Positions 28,508-39,610 are shown, numbered from the stretch's first letter. The stretch: DNA of 64,000 nt from Gammaproteobacteria bacterium (GCA_965221695.1 OZ244905.1:3200001-3264000); one strand, 5' to 3'. Made by a program: numbers and translations. The notes: a model not told the origin generated them from the letters alone.

Positions 28508-28930
28508 ATTCTCAAGATTACCATGAAAATTCGGTAATGACCACAGATATTTCAGTGTTGCTGTAATCCGATACTATGAATTTTTTTTAGCGGCAGGGCG
28601 GTAATAACATCAGGTCGAGTGCGGCGGCTCGGAGAGATTCTTGGCTACAGCAGACGGCAGGTCCGTTCGTTCGATATATTGTTGCATATCGTTCTTTAAA
28701 AATAAGATATACAACAATAATTTCTTGGCATTCATATTCTGTCAGTAATCGCAGGCGTTCCGCCTGCCTGCGGGTGGGACGCCCACGCCCCCAGGGGTTC
28801 AGTCTGCAGGTCGTAGGCGTCAGGGGGAAGGAGGCAACATCAACACCGCATCCGTTCCTGCGTTTGAAGGCCGTCGCTACTGGCGACTTTCAATGAACGC
28901 GGCGTGATAGATGCAATTTAATATGACGGC

Positions 28931-31414
28931 TCAGAACTGTTTGCGCAGGGTTACGCCGTAGGTGCGGGTCTCGCGCAGGTAGCTAGCCAGTTTGCCGGTT
29001 TGCAACGGCACGTCGAACACGGCGGCGTGCCTATCCTTATCCAGCAAGTTGCGCGCCCAGAAGGAGATATCCAGGTCAAAGGCATCCAGCGTCAGGCCGG
29101 CGCGGACATTGAGCAGACCGAAGCCATCCTGTAGCTTGATCGGGTCGGCATTGCCGTCTGTCACGGTATTACTGCGGTGGCTGTAGTCCGCATGGACATA
29201 GCCAGTCAGGCTGTCGTTGAATGAGTGCGACAGGGTCGCGGACAGCAGCACGGTATGCTTCGGGTCACCGGCCAGGCGGTCACCGCTGCGATCGCAAAAA
29301 TTGTCCCCGGGGTTACGCTGGCCCGGGTCCGGCGTGCCGGTCAGGAACGGCGTGGCCACCCAGCAGTTAGCCATCTCGAATTCGTCGTACTCGGCATCGT
29401 TATAGATATAGGCCCCACTCAAACTCAGGCCATCGAGCGGTGTCCAGTACACCTCCAGTTCCCCGCCCTTGGCCTCCAGTTTGCCTGCGTTGCGCAGGTT
29501 AAAGCCGGTACCGGTGAAGGAATTGCTCTGGAAATCGTCAATGGTTGTGTAATGCAGCGCCAGGTTCACGCGCAGGTTGTGCTCGGGGACTACCAGCTTC
29601 ATGCCGAGCTCGACTGCGTCTGACTTCTCGGCGCCGAACACCTGGTTGAACCCCACGGGGATGCGGTCGGTATTGGCGCCGCCGGATTTGAAACCGGTGG
29701 CATAACCGGCGTATAGCAGCAGGTCATTGTTCGGGGTCCAGATCATCCTGGCGTTCCAGGTAATCTGGTCGTCCTTGAGGGTTTCATCCACATCGGGACG
29801 CGGCGATATAGCTGGCGTCAGGTAAAACCCCCAACCCGGGCGCGCGAGTTGCGCCAGCAATACCGGGTTCAGCGGCGCCAGGCCCTGGCTCGCCAGGAAC
29901 AGGTTCGTGCCTATGGCCGTGAAATCCGGCGGTGGACCAAAGGTGTCCTGATAAAAAGACCCGTTCAGTCGTTTTTTTTCATCGGAGTAACGCAGTCCGG
30001 CAGATACGCTCCACTGTTCATGCAACTGCACATCGAACTGGCCAAACAACGCCCAGGCCTCGTGGTCCTGCAGCATGACATTCAGCGCCCTGCCGCCGGG
30101 CAGCACGGCCGGGCCTGGCGGCGGGATGCGCCCGCCGGTCAACGCGGAGATCAGGCTGACCCCATTAATTAACGCGCGGAGGTCCGGGTCTCCGTTTGTG
30201 ACGAATGCCTCGAAAGCCGATCCCGGTGTAGTGGTTGTCCAGTTGTTGAGGTTCTGGTTGAAATAATACGTCCCGACCAGGTAGTCAATCCGGCCCCGGC
30301 TCCCCGACAGGCGTAACTCCTGTGAAAACATCTCCGACTCTCCGCGGTTGTAGCGCGTGATAATGTCTGCCGCATTGAAATCCACATCCGAATCGTCCGT
30401 CGTGTTGAACGTGCGATAGGCGCTGATCGCAGTAAGCGTGTCCGTGGCGCTGAGATTCCAGTTAAGCTCCGCCGACACGCCGCTGTCATCGTTCCGGGAG
30501 GCCGGCAACTGGTTCATGTGCACCACATAGTCGGTGAATTGATCTTCGCTTAGCAGTGGCACGCCCAGATTCGCCAGTAGGGCATCGGAACCCGGTCGGC
30601 CGTCAAACGAGAAATAATTGTTACGGAACGTGGCCGCAGCGCAGCATATTTCGTCGATCTCAGCATAGTCCAGGATCACGCGCAGGGACAAGTCTTCAGT
30701 AGGCGTGTACAGCAATTGCGCCCGCCCCCCGTAACGATCCCGGTCATTGAGCAGGTTACCGCCCTCACCCAGCGCGTCGACAAACCCGTCTCGGCTGGTC
30801 AGAAATGCCGTCATCCGCATCGCCAGTACATCCTCCACCAGGGTTCCTCCGAACGCGCCGTTGGCGCTGAACAGGTCCAGGTTACCATAGCTCAGTTCCA
30901 GGTAGCCGTCTGTCTCATGGGATGGCGCCACCGTGTTCAGCAGTACTGCGCCCGCGGATGAGTTGCGCCCGAACAGAGTTCCTTGGGGGCCGCGCAACAC
31001 CTCTACCCGCTCGACATCCGCCAGTTCGTTGATCAGCGAACTCTGGCGCGGCCGGTAAACGCCATCTACGTAGAGGCCGACCGAGGGCTCGAGGCCGAAG
31101 TTCTGGGAACTGGTGCCAATACCGCGTATGTTGAAGTTTGCGGTGGTGGCGCTCTGGCTCTGTCCGACACGAAGCGCCGGCGCGCTGTGCTGAAGGTCGT
31201 ATATGTCGGTGATTCCGTATTCGACCAGTTGCTCGCCGGACAGTGCAGTGACCGCGACCGGGATGTCCTGGATATTCTGCTCTCGCTTTTGCGCGGTAAC
31301 GATGATCTCTTCAAGGAGTTCCTCGATCTGCGCAAACGTCGCAAGCGGTAAAAATAATGAGAAAACGGCAATACATGCCGGCAGCCACGCTTGAATACTG
31401 GTTCTGAATAACAT
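28931..31414 (-). CDS. TonB-dependent receptor
   Basis: Signal peptide, LEEIIVTAQKREQ, VEVLRGPQGTLFGRN, C-terminal RTYGVTLRKQF. Confidence 0.93.
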   Translation of the reverse strand: MLFRTSIQAWLPACIAVFSLFLPLATFAQIEELLEEIIVTAQKREQNIQDIPVAVTALSGEQLVEYGITDIYDLQHSAPALRVGQSQSATTANFNIRGIGTSSQNFGLEPSVGLYVDGVYRPRQSSLINELADVERVEVLRGPQGTLFGRNSSAGAVLLNTVAPSHETDGYLELSYGNLDLFSANGAFGGTLVEDVLAMRMTAFLTSRDGFVDALGEGGNLLNDRDRYGGRAQLLYTPTEDLSLRVILDYAEIDEICCAAATFRNNYFSFDGRPGSDALLANLGVPLLSEDQFTDYVVHMNQLPASRNDDSGVSAELNWNLSATDTLTAISAYRTFNTTDDSDVDFNAADIITRYNRGESEMFSQELRLSGSRGRIDYLVGTYYFNQNLNNWTTTTPGSAFEAFVTNGDPDLRALINGVSLISALTGGRIPPPGPAVLPGGRALNVMLQDHEAWALFGQFDVQLHEQWSVSAGLRYSDEKKRLNGSFYQDTFGPPPDFTAIGTNLFLASQGLAPLNPVLLAQLARPGWGFYLTPAISPRPDVDETLKDDQITWNARMIWTPNNDLLLYAGYATGFKSGGANTDRIPVGFNQVFGAEKSDAVELGMKLVVPEHNLRVNLALHYTTIDDFQSNSFTGTGFNLRNAGKLEAKGGELEVYWTPLDGLSLSGAYIYNDAEYDEFEMANCWVATPFLTGTPDPGQRNPGDNFCDRSGDRLAGDPKHTVLLSATLSHSFNDSLTGYVHADYSHRSNTVTDGNADPIKLQDGFGLLNVRAGLTLDAFDLDISFWARNLLDKDRHAAVFDVPLQTGKLASYLRETRTYGVTLRKQF

Positions 31415-31823
31415 GATACCCCCTGATATAATTTCAATGCCTCAAAATAACGCTTGCAATCAGTTGAAATTGTATCCTAATATTAAGATACTACCAAAAA
31501 ACCGAATTCATGGGGGGAGGGGAGACAACCCAGCGATGCTCGCTAAGATCGGTCAGACGGATTGGATCAAAGTTAAGCGGCCTTTGACAGGCACATATTT
31601 TACTGGGGCCTCAAGGGATAAATATCTGACCTTTATATTTTGCGGGAATTGCTGGAAATAACTAACCTCAATAACAACCTGTATCGGGAAATCTGTCGTG
31701 TAATTTACGGAGACCGGATATGGCTCTCCCCTGCGGCATGGGTCACATGCCACCACAATGCAGAGACCTGATCATGAAGTTTCGGTAGATTACATTCAGT
31801 TTCACACTCAGTGGGAACATAAA

Positions 31824-32882
31824 ATGCAGCAGCAGACAAACGACTCTAAAGATAGTACTGTCCGGCCCGAATGGTTTGGCTACGCGCAGTTGGGCCTGAT
31901 ACTCCTTGTGATTGCAATTGCCTTGTACTTTGCCCGGGCGCCGGGTCGTGTCCAGCTTGACATGGCGCCTGCCCAGGTTGTGGGCGAAACCAAACCGGCC
32001 GTCAATGTCATCCGGCCGGCGCCGACCGAGCAGGCGCTGACGGTAAAACTGACCGGTTCGGTCAGGGCATACGACAAGGTGGTGGTGCGCTCTGAAGTTG
32101 CAGGGCGGGTGGTTTGGGTTTCACCCGATTTTACCAACGGTGGGTCGGTCACGGCAAACGAGGCGTTTGTCAGGCTTGATCCGGCTCGGTACGAACTTAA
32201 GGTGGAAGCGGCGGAAATGGCAGTCAGTCAAGCACAAAATACCGGCGCCGCCCAAACTGCGCTGAAACTTGCACAACTCGATCTTGCGCGTACCGAGATT
32301 TCGCTTCCCTACGATGCCCGGGTAATATCATCATCCATTTCGGTGGGCGAACTGGTTGGCCCCGTTGAAGGGCTGGACGGCGCCGCCTCAATACTGGGCA
32401 TCGTTTATCAACCCTCAATACTAGCGGTTGACGTTCCGATTGATCCGAAAGTCCTCGAATACCTCACACCCGTAATCGATCGTGCGGCAACTGTTCATAT
32501 TCGGGCGGAGACATATTCAGCCAGTGTCAATCGCATCTCATCGGTAGTTGCGCCGCAGACGCGTATGGCGTCCCTGTTCCTGAGGTTTGCGCCGGATTAC
32601 CCGCCGGAGTCGCTGCCCCTGCCGGGGTCGTTCGTCGAGGTTGAGATAGAAGGACCCGCTTACCAGGATGTCTTTGTGCTACCGGATTCCGTTCTCCAGG
32701 AAGGCGACAGTGTATGGACAGTGCAGGACGGTGTCCTGCGTTCGCTCACACCACAAGCGCTTGGACGTGTCGACACTGGACTGGTGGTGGAGGCATTCGA
32801 TGCGGGCGAGGGGATTGTTGCAGGCATTCTGCCCGGCGCCGGCGATGGCCTGGCAGTTCAGGTGGCTGAAACTTTGCAATAA
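31824..32882 (+). CDS. RND efflux periplasmic adaptor (membrane fusion protein)
   Basis: N-terminal TM, SEVAGRVVWVS, L.RTEI.LPYDARV, PGSFV.VEI.G. The start could be 31758. Confidence 0.85.
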   Translation: MQQQTNDSKDSTVRPEWFGYAQLGLILLVIAIALYFARAPGRVQLDMAPAQVVGETKPAVNVIRPAPTEQALTVKLTGSVRAYDKVVVRSEVAGRVVWVSPDFTNGGSVTANEAFVRLDPARYELKVEAAEMAVSQAQNTGAAQTALKLAQLDLARTEISLPYDARVISSSISVGELVGPVEGLDGAASILGIVYQPSILAVDVPIDPKVLEYLTPVIDRAATVHIRAETYSASVNRISSVVAPQTRMASLFLRFAPDYPPESLPLPGSFVEVEIEGPAYQDVFVLPDSVLQEGDSVWTVQDGVLRSLTPQALGRVDTGLVVEAFDAGEGIVAGILPGAGDGLAVQVAETLQ

Positions 32883-32940
32883 TAGCAAACAACCCTATCC
32901 AGGCTGTTAAAGCCCTCAATCAGACAAAACCGGTGCAATC

Positions 32941-35900
32941 ATGAAATCAGGTCTTATCGCTTATTTTGCAGGAAATCCCGTTGCCGCCTACCTGCTGATG
33001 GCATTTCTGATTATCGGCGGGTTGCTGTCCGGGCAACAACTTGCGGTGCAGATTTACCCCGAGATGGATCTCCGCACAGTGACTGTAAAGGTGCGCACGC
33101 CCGGCTCGTCTCCCCGGGAAATTTCGGAAGATATCAACCGTCGAATTGAACAGAGCATAATCGGTATCTCCGGCGCTGAGCGGGTTGTCAGCGCCGCGAG
33201 TGAAGGCCTGGGAACGGTCACGGTTGAGGTGGCAACCTTTGCCAATCCCGCCACGGTCCTGGAAGATGTCCGCGAGGCAGTGGACAGCATTGATGGTTTT
33301 CCGCCCTTGACTGCGGAACAGCCTGAAGTGGAACTTGACCAACTCGATTATGAAGTCCTGACCCTGGCCGTCTTATCCGATGTTGTCGGAGAGAGGGAAT
33401 TACGGTCTGCCGCGGAGGCGTTGCGTGATGATCTGCTGGCGTTGCCGTCCATTTCACAGGTAAAGCTGCTGGGCACCCGTGACCGTGAGATAAGTATCGA
33501 ACTGAACGAGGAGGACCTGCAGCGTAATAACCTGACCGTCAACGATATCATCTCAGTAGCGCGGAACGCCTCATTCAACATGACGTTTGGTGAGTTGCGC
33601 ACGGGTTCCGGCGGTATTGTGCTGCACACGGTCGCAAAACGGCAAACAGGCAAAGAATTCGAGAACATACCGCTGATTACGCGGCTTGACGGCACGCTTG
33701 TCATGCTTGGCGATGTGGCGGAGATTCGCGATGGATTCAGTGATGAGGATGTTATCTCCGAAGTTGATGGCGCCCCCGCAGTTTTTGTGCGGATTGACAC
33801 GGCCCGGCAGCAGTCGATTGTTGCTATGGGCGAGGAGATCAAGAACTGGCTTGCGAACTATGAAACTCCCAGCACTGTCACGGTCTCGATCTGGAACGAC
33901 CGGGCACAGCCTGCGATTGACAGGATATCGGACATTCTCGGCAATGCGTTGCTCGGCATAATACTGGTTTTCATCTGCCTTGTTCTTGTGTTCGACCTGC
34001 GCGTTGCTATCTGGATAACCGTCGGCATCCCGCTGTCTCTGATCGGTTCACTGATGTTCTTTGAACTGGCGGACATGACGCTTAACGTTGCTACCATATT
34101 CGGGTTTTTCCTGCTGATCGGGATTGTCGTGGATGATGCTGTGGTAGTGGGTGAGAGCATCGCCGCGGAACGGGAGAGTGGGAAAAATGCTCTGGATGCG
34201 GCCATTTCCGGCGCGCACGCGGTAGTGGGTCCGATCACCATCGGCGTACTGACAACGCTGTTCGCTTTTTTTCCATTCCTGTTCATTACCTCGGGCAACT
34301 ACCAGATTGTAACCGTATTCCCCTATATGGCGCTGTTCGTCCTGTTTGTGTCGCTGGTTGAAGCATTCTTTATCCTGCCTGCCCACTTGTCGCATCAGCA
34401 ACGGTGGAGCCTGCCGCCGTTAAGCCTGGTTCAAGACAGGGTCAGTGGCAGGTTGAACGAGTTCCGCGACCAGGTGGTGGTGCCGGTAGTATCCTGGTCA
34501 GTAAGAAACACTTTCATCACGCTGGCAGGCGGCATACTGCTGATAATATTGGCGCTGGCGTTGCTTCGCTCCGATATCGTCCGACTCGTCCTTTTCGATA
34601 AATCGGCCTATGCCGGCAATCATGTTCAAGCTGATATTTACCTCCCGGTCGGCGCGCCTTTTGACGCCACTCACGCTACTGCAGAACATTTCGTAGATGC
34701 CGCGCAGGCCATGAATGAAGAGCTTGGCGGAATGGCGATAAACTCGGTCAGTATGCTGGTTGGTAACGTTATGTTGCCGTCGTATATGGACCGGGACTTC
34801 AATGAGAGCCACATGGCGACGGTAAGGCTACACCTTAATGAAAAGCCGCTCCGCACGGTAACACCCCAGGAAATAGAAAGAGCATGGCGCGGGAAACTCG
34901 GTGATATTTCCTACCTGGAAAAAACTGAATTCCAGACCACACGTATGCATATCGGAGCAAGCGCCGCCTACGCGCTGAAACATGAAGATTTCGAGGTTCT
35001 GAAGCAAGCAACGGCTGAACTGAAATCCCGTATGGCCACTATCCCGGGCATTTACGGAATTTCCGACAGTTTGTCTCTCGGCAAACGGCATTTTGAGATT
35101 GCGCTTACACCGGCTGGCATTGCCGCGGGACTGTCGCCGGCAGTTGTCGGCGCGCAGTTACGCGCCAATTTCCATGGAATCGAGGTACAGCGGATCCAGA
35201 GCGGTAACGAAGAGATTAAAGTAGTAGTAAGGTATCCGCCTGATCGGCGGGGAAGTCTGCGTGAACTCGCGGAGGAGCATATCCGGCTACCCGGCAACGG
35301 CAGGGAAATCCCATTTTCCATGGTGGCGCAAATCACGGAACAACGTGAATTAACCAAGTTGGTCCGCGTAAATGGTAAGCAAACGGCTCTGCTCAGCGCA
35401 CACGCCGATACATCGGTTGTCACGCCCAGACAGGCCAGGCGTACTATCAGTCAGGAGGTCTTTCCGGAACTGCTGGCAAAGTATCCCGGTCTGAAGATCG
35501 AGGCTGACCAGGGCGCAAGAGATGAGAGAGCTTTATTGAAGACCCTGGGTTTATTGGTGCCCATAGTTCTGATTGCAATGTATGCGCTCATTGCCGCATT
35601 CCTGCGCAGCTACTGGAAACCGGTTATCGCCGTTGCCGGTATTCCCATCGCATTCTCCGGCGCGGTCCTGAGCCATTGGCTGCTCGGTTGGGATTTCACT
35701 GCCATGTCGATATTCGGTGTGGTGGGCGTCTCCGGGATTGTCGTGAATGATGCACTGGTGCTGCTGGATCGCTACAACCGGATTCGCCAGGAAGATGATA
35801 ATGTGTTTCCGGCCATTGCCGCTGCATCTGCGGCGACCCGCCATCGTTTCCGGGCGGTTCTGCTGACGAGTCTCACAACCATCCTGGGTTTGTCTCCGTT

Positions 35901-36039
35901 GCTCTACGAACGCAGCGACGAACTGATATACCTGGTGCCGTTTGTCGTGAGCATGCTCGGCGGCCTGGTATTCGCGACCCTGGCTACCCTGGTATTGCTG
36001 CCGACGCTGGTCATGGTTGTCGAAGGCCGCAAGGAATAG
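32941..36039 (+). CDS. RND family inner-membrane transporter (AcrB/AcrD/AcrF)
   Basis: 1032 aa; NPVAA, GIVVDDAVVVGE, GIVVND.LVL.D, RFRAVLLTSLTT. Confidence 0.92.
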   Translation: MKSGLIAYFAGNPVAAYLLMAFLIIGGLLSGQQLAVQIYPEMDLRTVTVKVRTPGSSPREISEDINRRIEQSIIGISGAERVVSAASEGLGTVTVEVATFANPATVLEDVREAVDSIDGFPPLTAEQPEVELDQLDYEVLTLAVLSDVVGERELRSAAEALRDDLLALPSISQVKLLGTRDREISIELNEEDLQRNNLTVNDIISVARNASFNMTFGELRTGSGGIVLHTVAKRQTGKEFENIPLITRLDGTLVMLGDVAEIRDGFSDEDVISEVDGAPAVFVRIDTARQQSIVAMGEEIKNWLANYETPSTVTVSIWNDRAQPAIDRISDILGNALLGIILVFICLVLVFDLRVAIWITVGIPLSLIGSLMFFELADMTLNVATIFGFFLLIGIVVDDAVVVGESIAAERESGKNALDAAISGAHAVVGPITIGVLTTLFAFFPFLFITSGNYQIVTVFPYMALFVLFVSLVEAFFILPAHLSHQQRWSLPPLSLVQDRVSGRLNEFRDQVVVPVVSWSVRNTFITLAGGILLIILALALLRSDIVRLVLFDKSAYAGNHVQADIYLPVGAPFDATHATAEHFVDAAQAMNEELGGMAINSVSMLVGNVMLPSYMDRDFNESHMATVRLHLNEKPLRTVTPQEIERAWRGKLGDISYLEKTEFQTTRMHIGASAAYALKHEDFEVLKQATAELKSRMATIPGIYGISDSLSLGKRHFEIALTPAGIAAGLSPAVVGAQLRANFHGIEVQRIQSGNEEIKVVVRYPPDRRGSLRELAEEHIRLPGNGREIPFSMVAQITEQRELTKLVRVNGKQTALLSAHADTSVVTPRQARRTISQEVFPELLAKYPGLKIEADQGARDERALLKTLGLLVPIVLIAMYALIAAFLRSYWKPVIAVAGIPIAFSGAVLSHWLLGWDFTAMSIFGVVGVSGIVVNDALVLLDRYNRIRQEDDNVFPAIAAASAATRHRFRAVLLTSLTTILGLSPLLYERSDELIYLVPFVVSMLGGLVFATLATLVLLPTLVMVVEGRKE

Positions 36040-36072
36040 CTCCGTTTCGCAACGGGATGGGGATAAAACCGA

Positions 36073-36288
36073 TCAGGTCAGTTTCATAATGGCGATAGCT
36101 AGACCGGCTATGCCCAACATCCATTTTATCAATCGGTTTTCCATATTCGCCAAACTGGTTTGCATGTTTGCAATATCCAGTTTTGTCGCCACCTGTTCGC
36201 TTTGGGTCACATCGTTGACCGCTTCAGTTGCCAGTTGTTTATCCACGCCGGCTGCCATTAATGCATTATAGAGCGCCAAGCTACTCAC
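36073..36288 (-). CDS. Small coiled-coil protein with C-terminal TM helix (DUF1640/CCDC90-like)
   Basis: LYNALMAAGV...A.EAV...VATKLDI...ENRLIKWM + TM; GGAG RBS before the GTG at 36288. Confidence 0.7.
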   Translation of the reverse strand: MSSLALYNALMAAGVDKQLATEAVNDVTQSEQVATKLDIANMQTSLANMENRLIKWMLGIAGLAIAIMKLT

Positions 36289-36427
36289 TGTTATCTCTCC
36301 AAATCTATATCGTTTAACCAAAGGTTTATTTGGAATGCTTATCGTCGCGTTCCCTCGATTCCGCTCTGGGCTGTATTATAATATGCTCCTGTAAATAATG
36401 TAAGCTCTGCTCAAGTCGATTTAAACC

Positions 36428-38227
36428 ATGTCCCGGACAATCAACCGCAGGGATCTCGATTTTCTGATCTACGAAATGCTCGATGTCGAGAGCCTGTGCG
36501 CGCGCGAGGTTTTTTCCGGCCAGGGGCGCGACGTTTTCGACCCCATGCTCGACCTGGCCGAGGATATCGCCCGGGATCACTTTCTGGCCTGTGCGGATGC
36601 CGGGGACAAGCAGCCTGCGGAACTGGTGGACGGCAAGGTAAGGATGATTCCCGAAGCGCAAACCGCAATGGATAACCTGTACGAAGCCGGGTTTGTCGCT
36701 TCCTGTCTGGATGCTGAATATGGCGGCCTGCAACTGCCTGTGACGGTAGCCAACGCTTGCATGGCCGTATTTCAATCGGCCAACACGGGGTTGTGTGGCC
36801 TGCCGTTCCTCTCGGTGGGCGTTGCCAACCTGATCAACGCCTACGGGAGCGCAGAACAAAAAGCCCGGTATATTCCACCGTTACTGAACGGCCGGTTTTA
36901 CGGCACCATGTGCCTGTCCGAGCCCCACGCGGGGTCCTCACTGACCGATATCCGCACCAGGGCTGAATTGCAACAGGACGGGACCTACCGCATAACCGGC
37001 AACAAGATGTGGATTACCGGTGGAGAACATGAACTGAGCGAGAATATCATTCACATGGCGCTGGCGAAGATCCCGGGTGGTCCGCCAGGCGTAAAAGGCA
37101 TTTCGCTGTTTATTATCCCGCGTTACCGGGTCGAAACAGATGGCGGTGTGGGTGAGGCCAACGATGTTTCCCTGGCCGGTCTGAACCATAAGATGGGGCA
37201 GTGCGTCACACCGAACTGTGCGCTGAATTTCGGTGAGAACGGAGGTTGTACCGGTTACCTGGTGGGCGAACCTCATCGCGGACTGGAGTATATGTTTCTT
37301 ATGATGAACGAAGCCCGTATCGGCGTGGGAATGGCCGCGATTGGTACAGGTTATGCGGGCTACCAATATTCGCTGGAGTATGCGCGCGAACGCGTTCAGG
37401 GCCGATTGCCGGACAATAAGGACCCGGCAAATCAAATGGTCCCCATTATTCAACATGCCGACGTAAAGCGTATGCTTCTGGCACAGAAAGCCTACGTGGA
37501 AGGGGGGTTGGCGCTGTGCCTGTTTGCCTCTTCCCTGGTTGACGAGGAGAAAACCAACCCGGACGCAACGCAACGAAACGAATCAGCCCTGTTGCTGGAT
37601 GTGCTGGTGCCGATTGTGAAGGCCTGGTGCGCCGAGTGGAGCCTGGAAGCGAACAAACATGCCATCCAGATCCTGGGCGGGTACGGTTACACCACGGACT
37701 TTCCGGTAGAGCGTCTGTACCGGGATAACCGCATCAACATGATTCATGAGGGCGCTAACGGTATCCATGGCATCGACCTGCTGGGCCGGAAGGTAATGAT
37801 GCAAAATGGCGCGGGGTTCAGGTTGCTGGTACGCAGGATACAACAGGATGCTGACGCGGCGGGGGCTAGCGGGAACTTGTCGGACTATGTCGCAGACCTC
37901 AACCGGGCCGTGGCAACCGTAACGGAAACGACGGAAGTTCTGGCCGCAACGGCAGCCAGCGGAGATTTGAGCAGGTTTCTGGCGAACTCCTCTGCGTACC
38001 TGGACATGCTCGGCCACGTGGTCGTTGCCTGGTTGTGGTTGAAACAGGCCGTGGTCGCCCGGTCTGGCTTGGCGCAGGCAAACGACGCCGACCGGCAATT
38101 CTACCAGGGCAAGCTGCAGGCCTGCCGCTATTTCTTCCGCTGGGAACTGCCGAAAATCAAGGCCCAGGCCGAGTTGCTGTCCGGGTTGGATACGACCTGC
38201 CTGGATATGCCGGAAGAATCGTTTTAA
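36428..38227 (+). CDS. Acyl-CoA dehydrogenase (long form)
   Basis: GTMCLSEPHAGSSL, GNKMWITGGEH, LNHKMG, QILGGYGY, IHEGANGIHGIDLLGRK. Confidence 0.92.
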   Translation: MSRTINRRDLDFLIYEMLDVESLCAREVFSGQGRDVFDPMLDLAEDIARDHFLACADAGDKQPAELVDGKVRMIPEAQTAMDNLYEAGFVASCLDAEYGGLQLPVTVANACMAVFQSANTGLCGLPFLSVGVANLINAYGSAEQKARYIPPLLNGRFYGTMCLSEPHAGSSLTDIRTRAELQQDGTYRITGNKMWITGGEHELSENIIHMALAKIPGGPPGVKGISLFIIPRYRVETDGGVGEANDVSLAGLNHKMGQCVTPNCALNFGENGGCTGYLVGEPHRGLEYMFLMMNEARIGVGMAAIGTGYAGYQYSLEYARERVQGRLPDNKDPANQMVPIIQHADVKRMLLAQKAYVEGGLALCLFASSLVDEEKTNPDATQRNESALLLDVLVPIVKAWCAEWSLEANKHAIQILGGYGYTTDFPVERLYRDNRINMIHEGANGIHGIDLLGRKVMMQNGAGFRLLVRRIQQDADAAGASGNLSDYVADLNRAVATVTETTEVLAATAASGDLSRFLANSSAYLDMLGHVVVAWLWLKQAVVARSGLAQANDADRQFYQGKLQACRYFFRWELPKIKAQAELLSGLDTTCLDMPEESF

Positions 38228-38245
38228 GGAAGCTCTGAACAAGTC
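38224..38245 (+). repeat. 5'-end remnant of the five-hairpin element overlapping the acyl-CoA dehydrogenase stop codon
   Basis: TTAA-GGAAGCTCTGAACAAGTC, identical to the terminus of copy A. Confidence 0.75.
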
Positions 38246-38296
38246 TCCAAGTGTTCTTTATTCTATAATTGAATCCAGTGGCTTGAGATCTGAGTT

Positions 38297-39610
38297 ATGG
38301 CAATAATCAATGAGAGCGTCGAGGCATCCCTGGATGCGGCCGCGAGTAACGAAACCGCCTACACCATTTCCGTAGGCGATACGTTCAACGGCATCCTGGA
38401 TCACAGGTTAGACGAGGACTGGATCGGGATAGAACTGGAGAGGGGGAAAACCTATACGATTGCCCTGTCAGGGCGCGGGTCGGCCCCCGACAAGGCGGAA
38501 GACACCATCCTGAAATTGTTCGATGCCGTGGAGAATCACATTCTCACGAACGACGATATCGATGCGAAAAACCGCGTGTTCGATTCACGCTTGACGTTTA
38601 CCGTGCTTGCCAGCGACATCTACTATATCAGCGCTGCCAGCTATACCAGCAACCCGGCCACGGACAATTCCGGGACTTATACGATACAGGTTGATGAGAT
38701 AGAGGTGGTTACCACCATAGACGGTACTGTCACGGGTACCCGGTGGGATAACAGCCTGACCGGGACCGATGGGGTAGAAAAGATCTATGGACTCGAGGGA
38801 AACGATTACCTGTACGGCCTTGGCGGTGACGATGAACTGGACGGCGGAGCCGGTGACGACACGTTGAACGGAGGCGGCGGCGCCGACAGGCTGACCGGTG
38901 GTGATGGCGAAGACACCGTGTCCTACGCGGGTTCTCCCGCAGGTGTGACGGTGCGCCTGCATCATCCCACACCTCGGGGAGGTGACGCTCAGGGCGATAC
39001 GTTCGAGGGTGCTGTCACTTTTACATATACGGACAACGGCAATCGGGTGGATGTGGAACTGCCGGACATCATCAACCTGAGCGGTTCGGATCATGATGAT
39101 ATCCTGGCCGGTGATCAGCGGGCCAACACGCTTTCAGGAGGAAGAGGCAACGATACGATATACGGGGGCCCCGGCGGTGACGATACGAACAGTGACATCA
39201 TAGACGGTGGCCCGGGAGATGACAGGCTGTTCGGCGGCCGGGGCGATGATACGCTGTACGGCGGCGAGGGTAACGACACACTCAAGGGCGGATCCGGCGC
39301 TGACATCCTGGTGGCCGGTTCCGGCGATGACATGCTGTTCGGCGGCGCTGGCCCGGATGTGCTTGAAAGCGGCGCCGGTTTTGACACCTTCATCTTCGCT
39401 TCAGGACATGGGGAAGATACCATAATCGATTTCAGAAACGGCAGGGATTTAATCGACATCAGCGCGTTTGATCTACCGGGTTTCGATGACCTTGCCATTT
39501 CGTCAGGTACCGAAGGTGTGACTATCGACTTGACGGAACAGGGGGGAGGAACCATCCTGTTGGAAGATTTCCCTATCGCCAACCTGGATGCGGGAGACTT
39601 CCTGTTCTGA
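38297..39610 (+). CDS. RTX-type Ca2+-binding secreted protein with an N-terminal PPC-like domain
   Basis: DEDW..I.L..G.TYTI.L.G...DT.L.L.D...NDD domain, numerous GGxGxDxL nonapeptides, C-terminal G.DTI.DF..G.D.ID and DFLF (T1SS-type end). Confidence 0.85.
   Translation: MAIINESVEASLDAAASNETAYTISVGDTFNGILDHRLDEDWIGIELERGKTYTIALSGRGSAPDKAEDTILKLFDAVENHILTNDDIDAKNRVFDSRLTFTVLASDIYYISAASYTSNPATDNSGTYTIQVDEIEVVTTIDGTVTGTRWDNSLTGTDGVEKIYGLEGNDYLYGLGGDDELDGGAGDDTLNGGGGADRLTGGDGEDTVSYAGSPAGVTVRLHHPTPRGGDAQGDTFEGAVTFTYTDNGNRVDVELPDIINLSGSDHDDILAGDQRANTLSGGRGNDTIYGGPGGDDTNSDIIDGGPGDDRLFGGRGDDTLYGGEGNDTLKGGSGADILVAGSGDDMLFGGAGPDVLESGAGFDTFIFASGHGEDTIIDFRNGRDLIDISAFDLPGFDDLAISSGTEGVTIDLTEQGGGTILLEDFPIANLDAGDFLF

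Noticed and set aside
31500-31760. Possible c-di-GMP or other riboswitch in the TBDR/MFP divergent region
   Set aside because: Small hairpins are present, but I could not match a known aptamer consensus.
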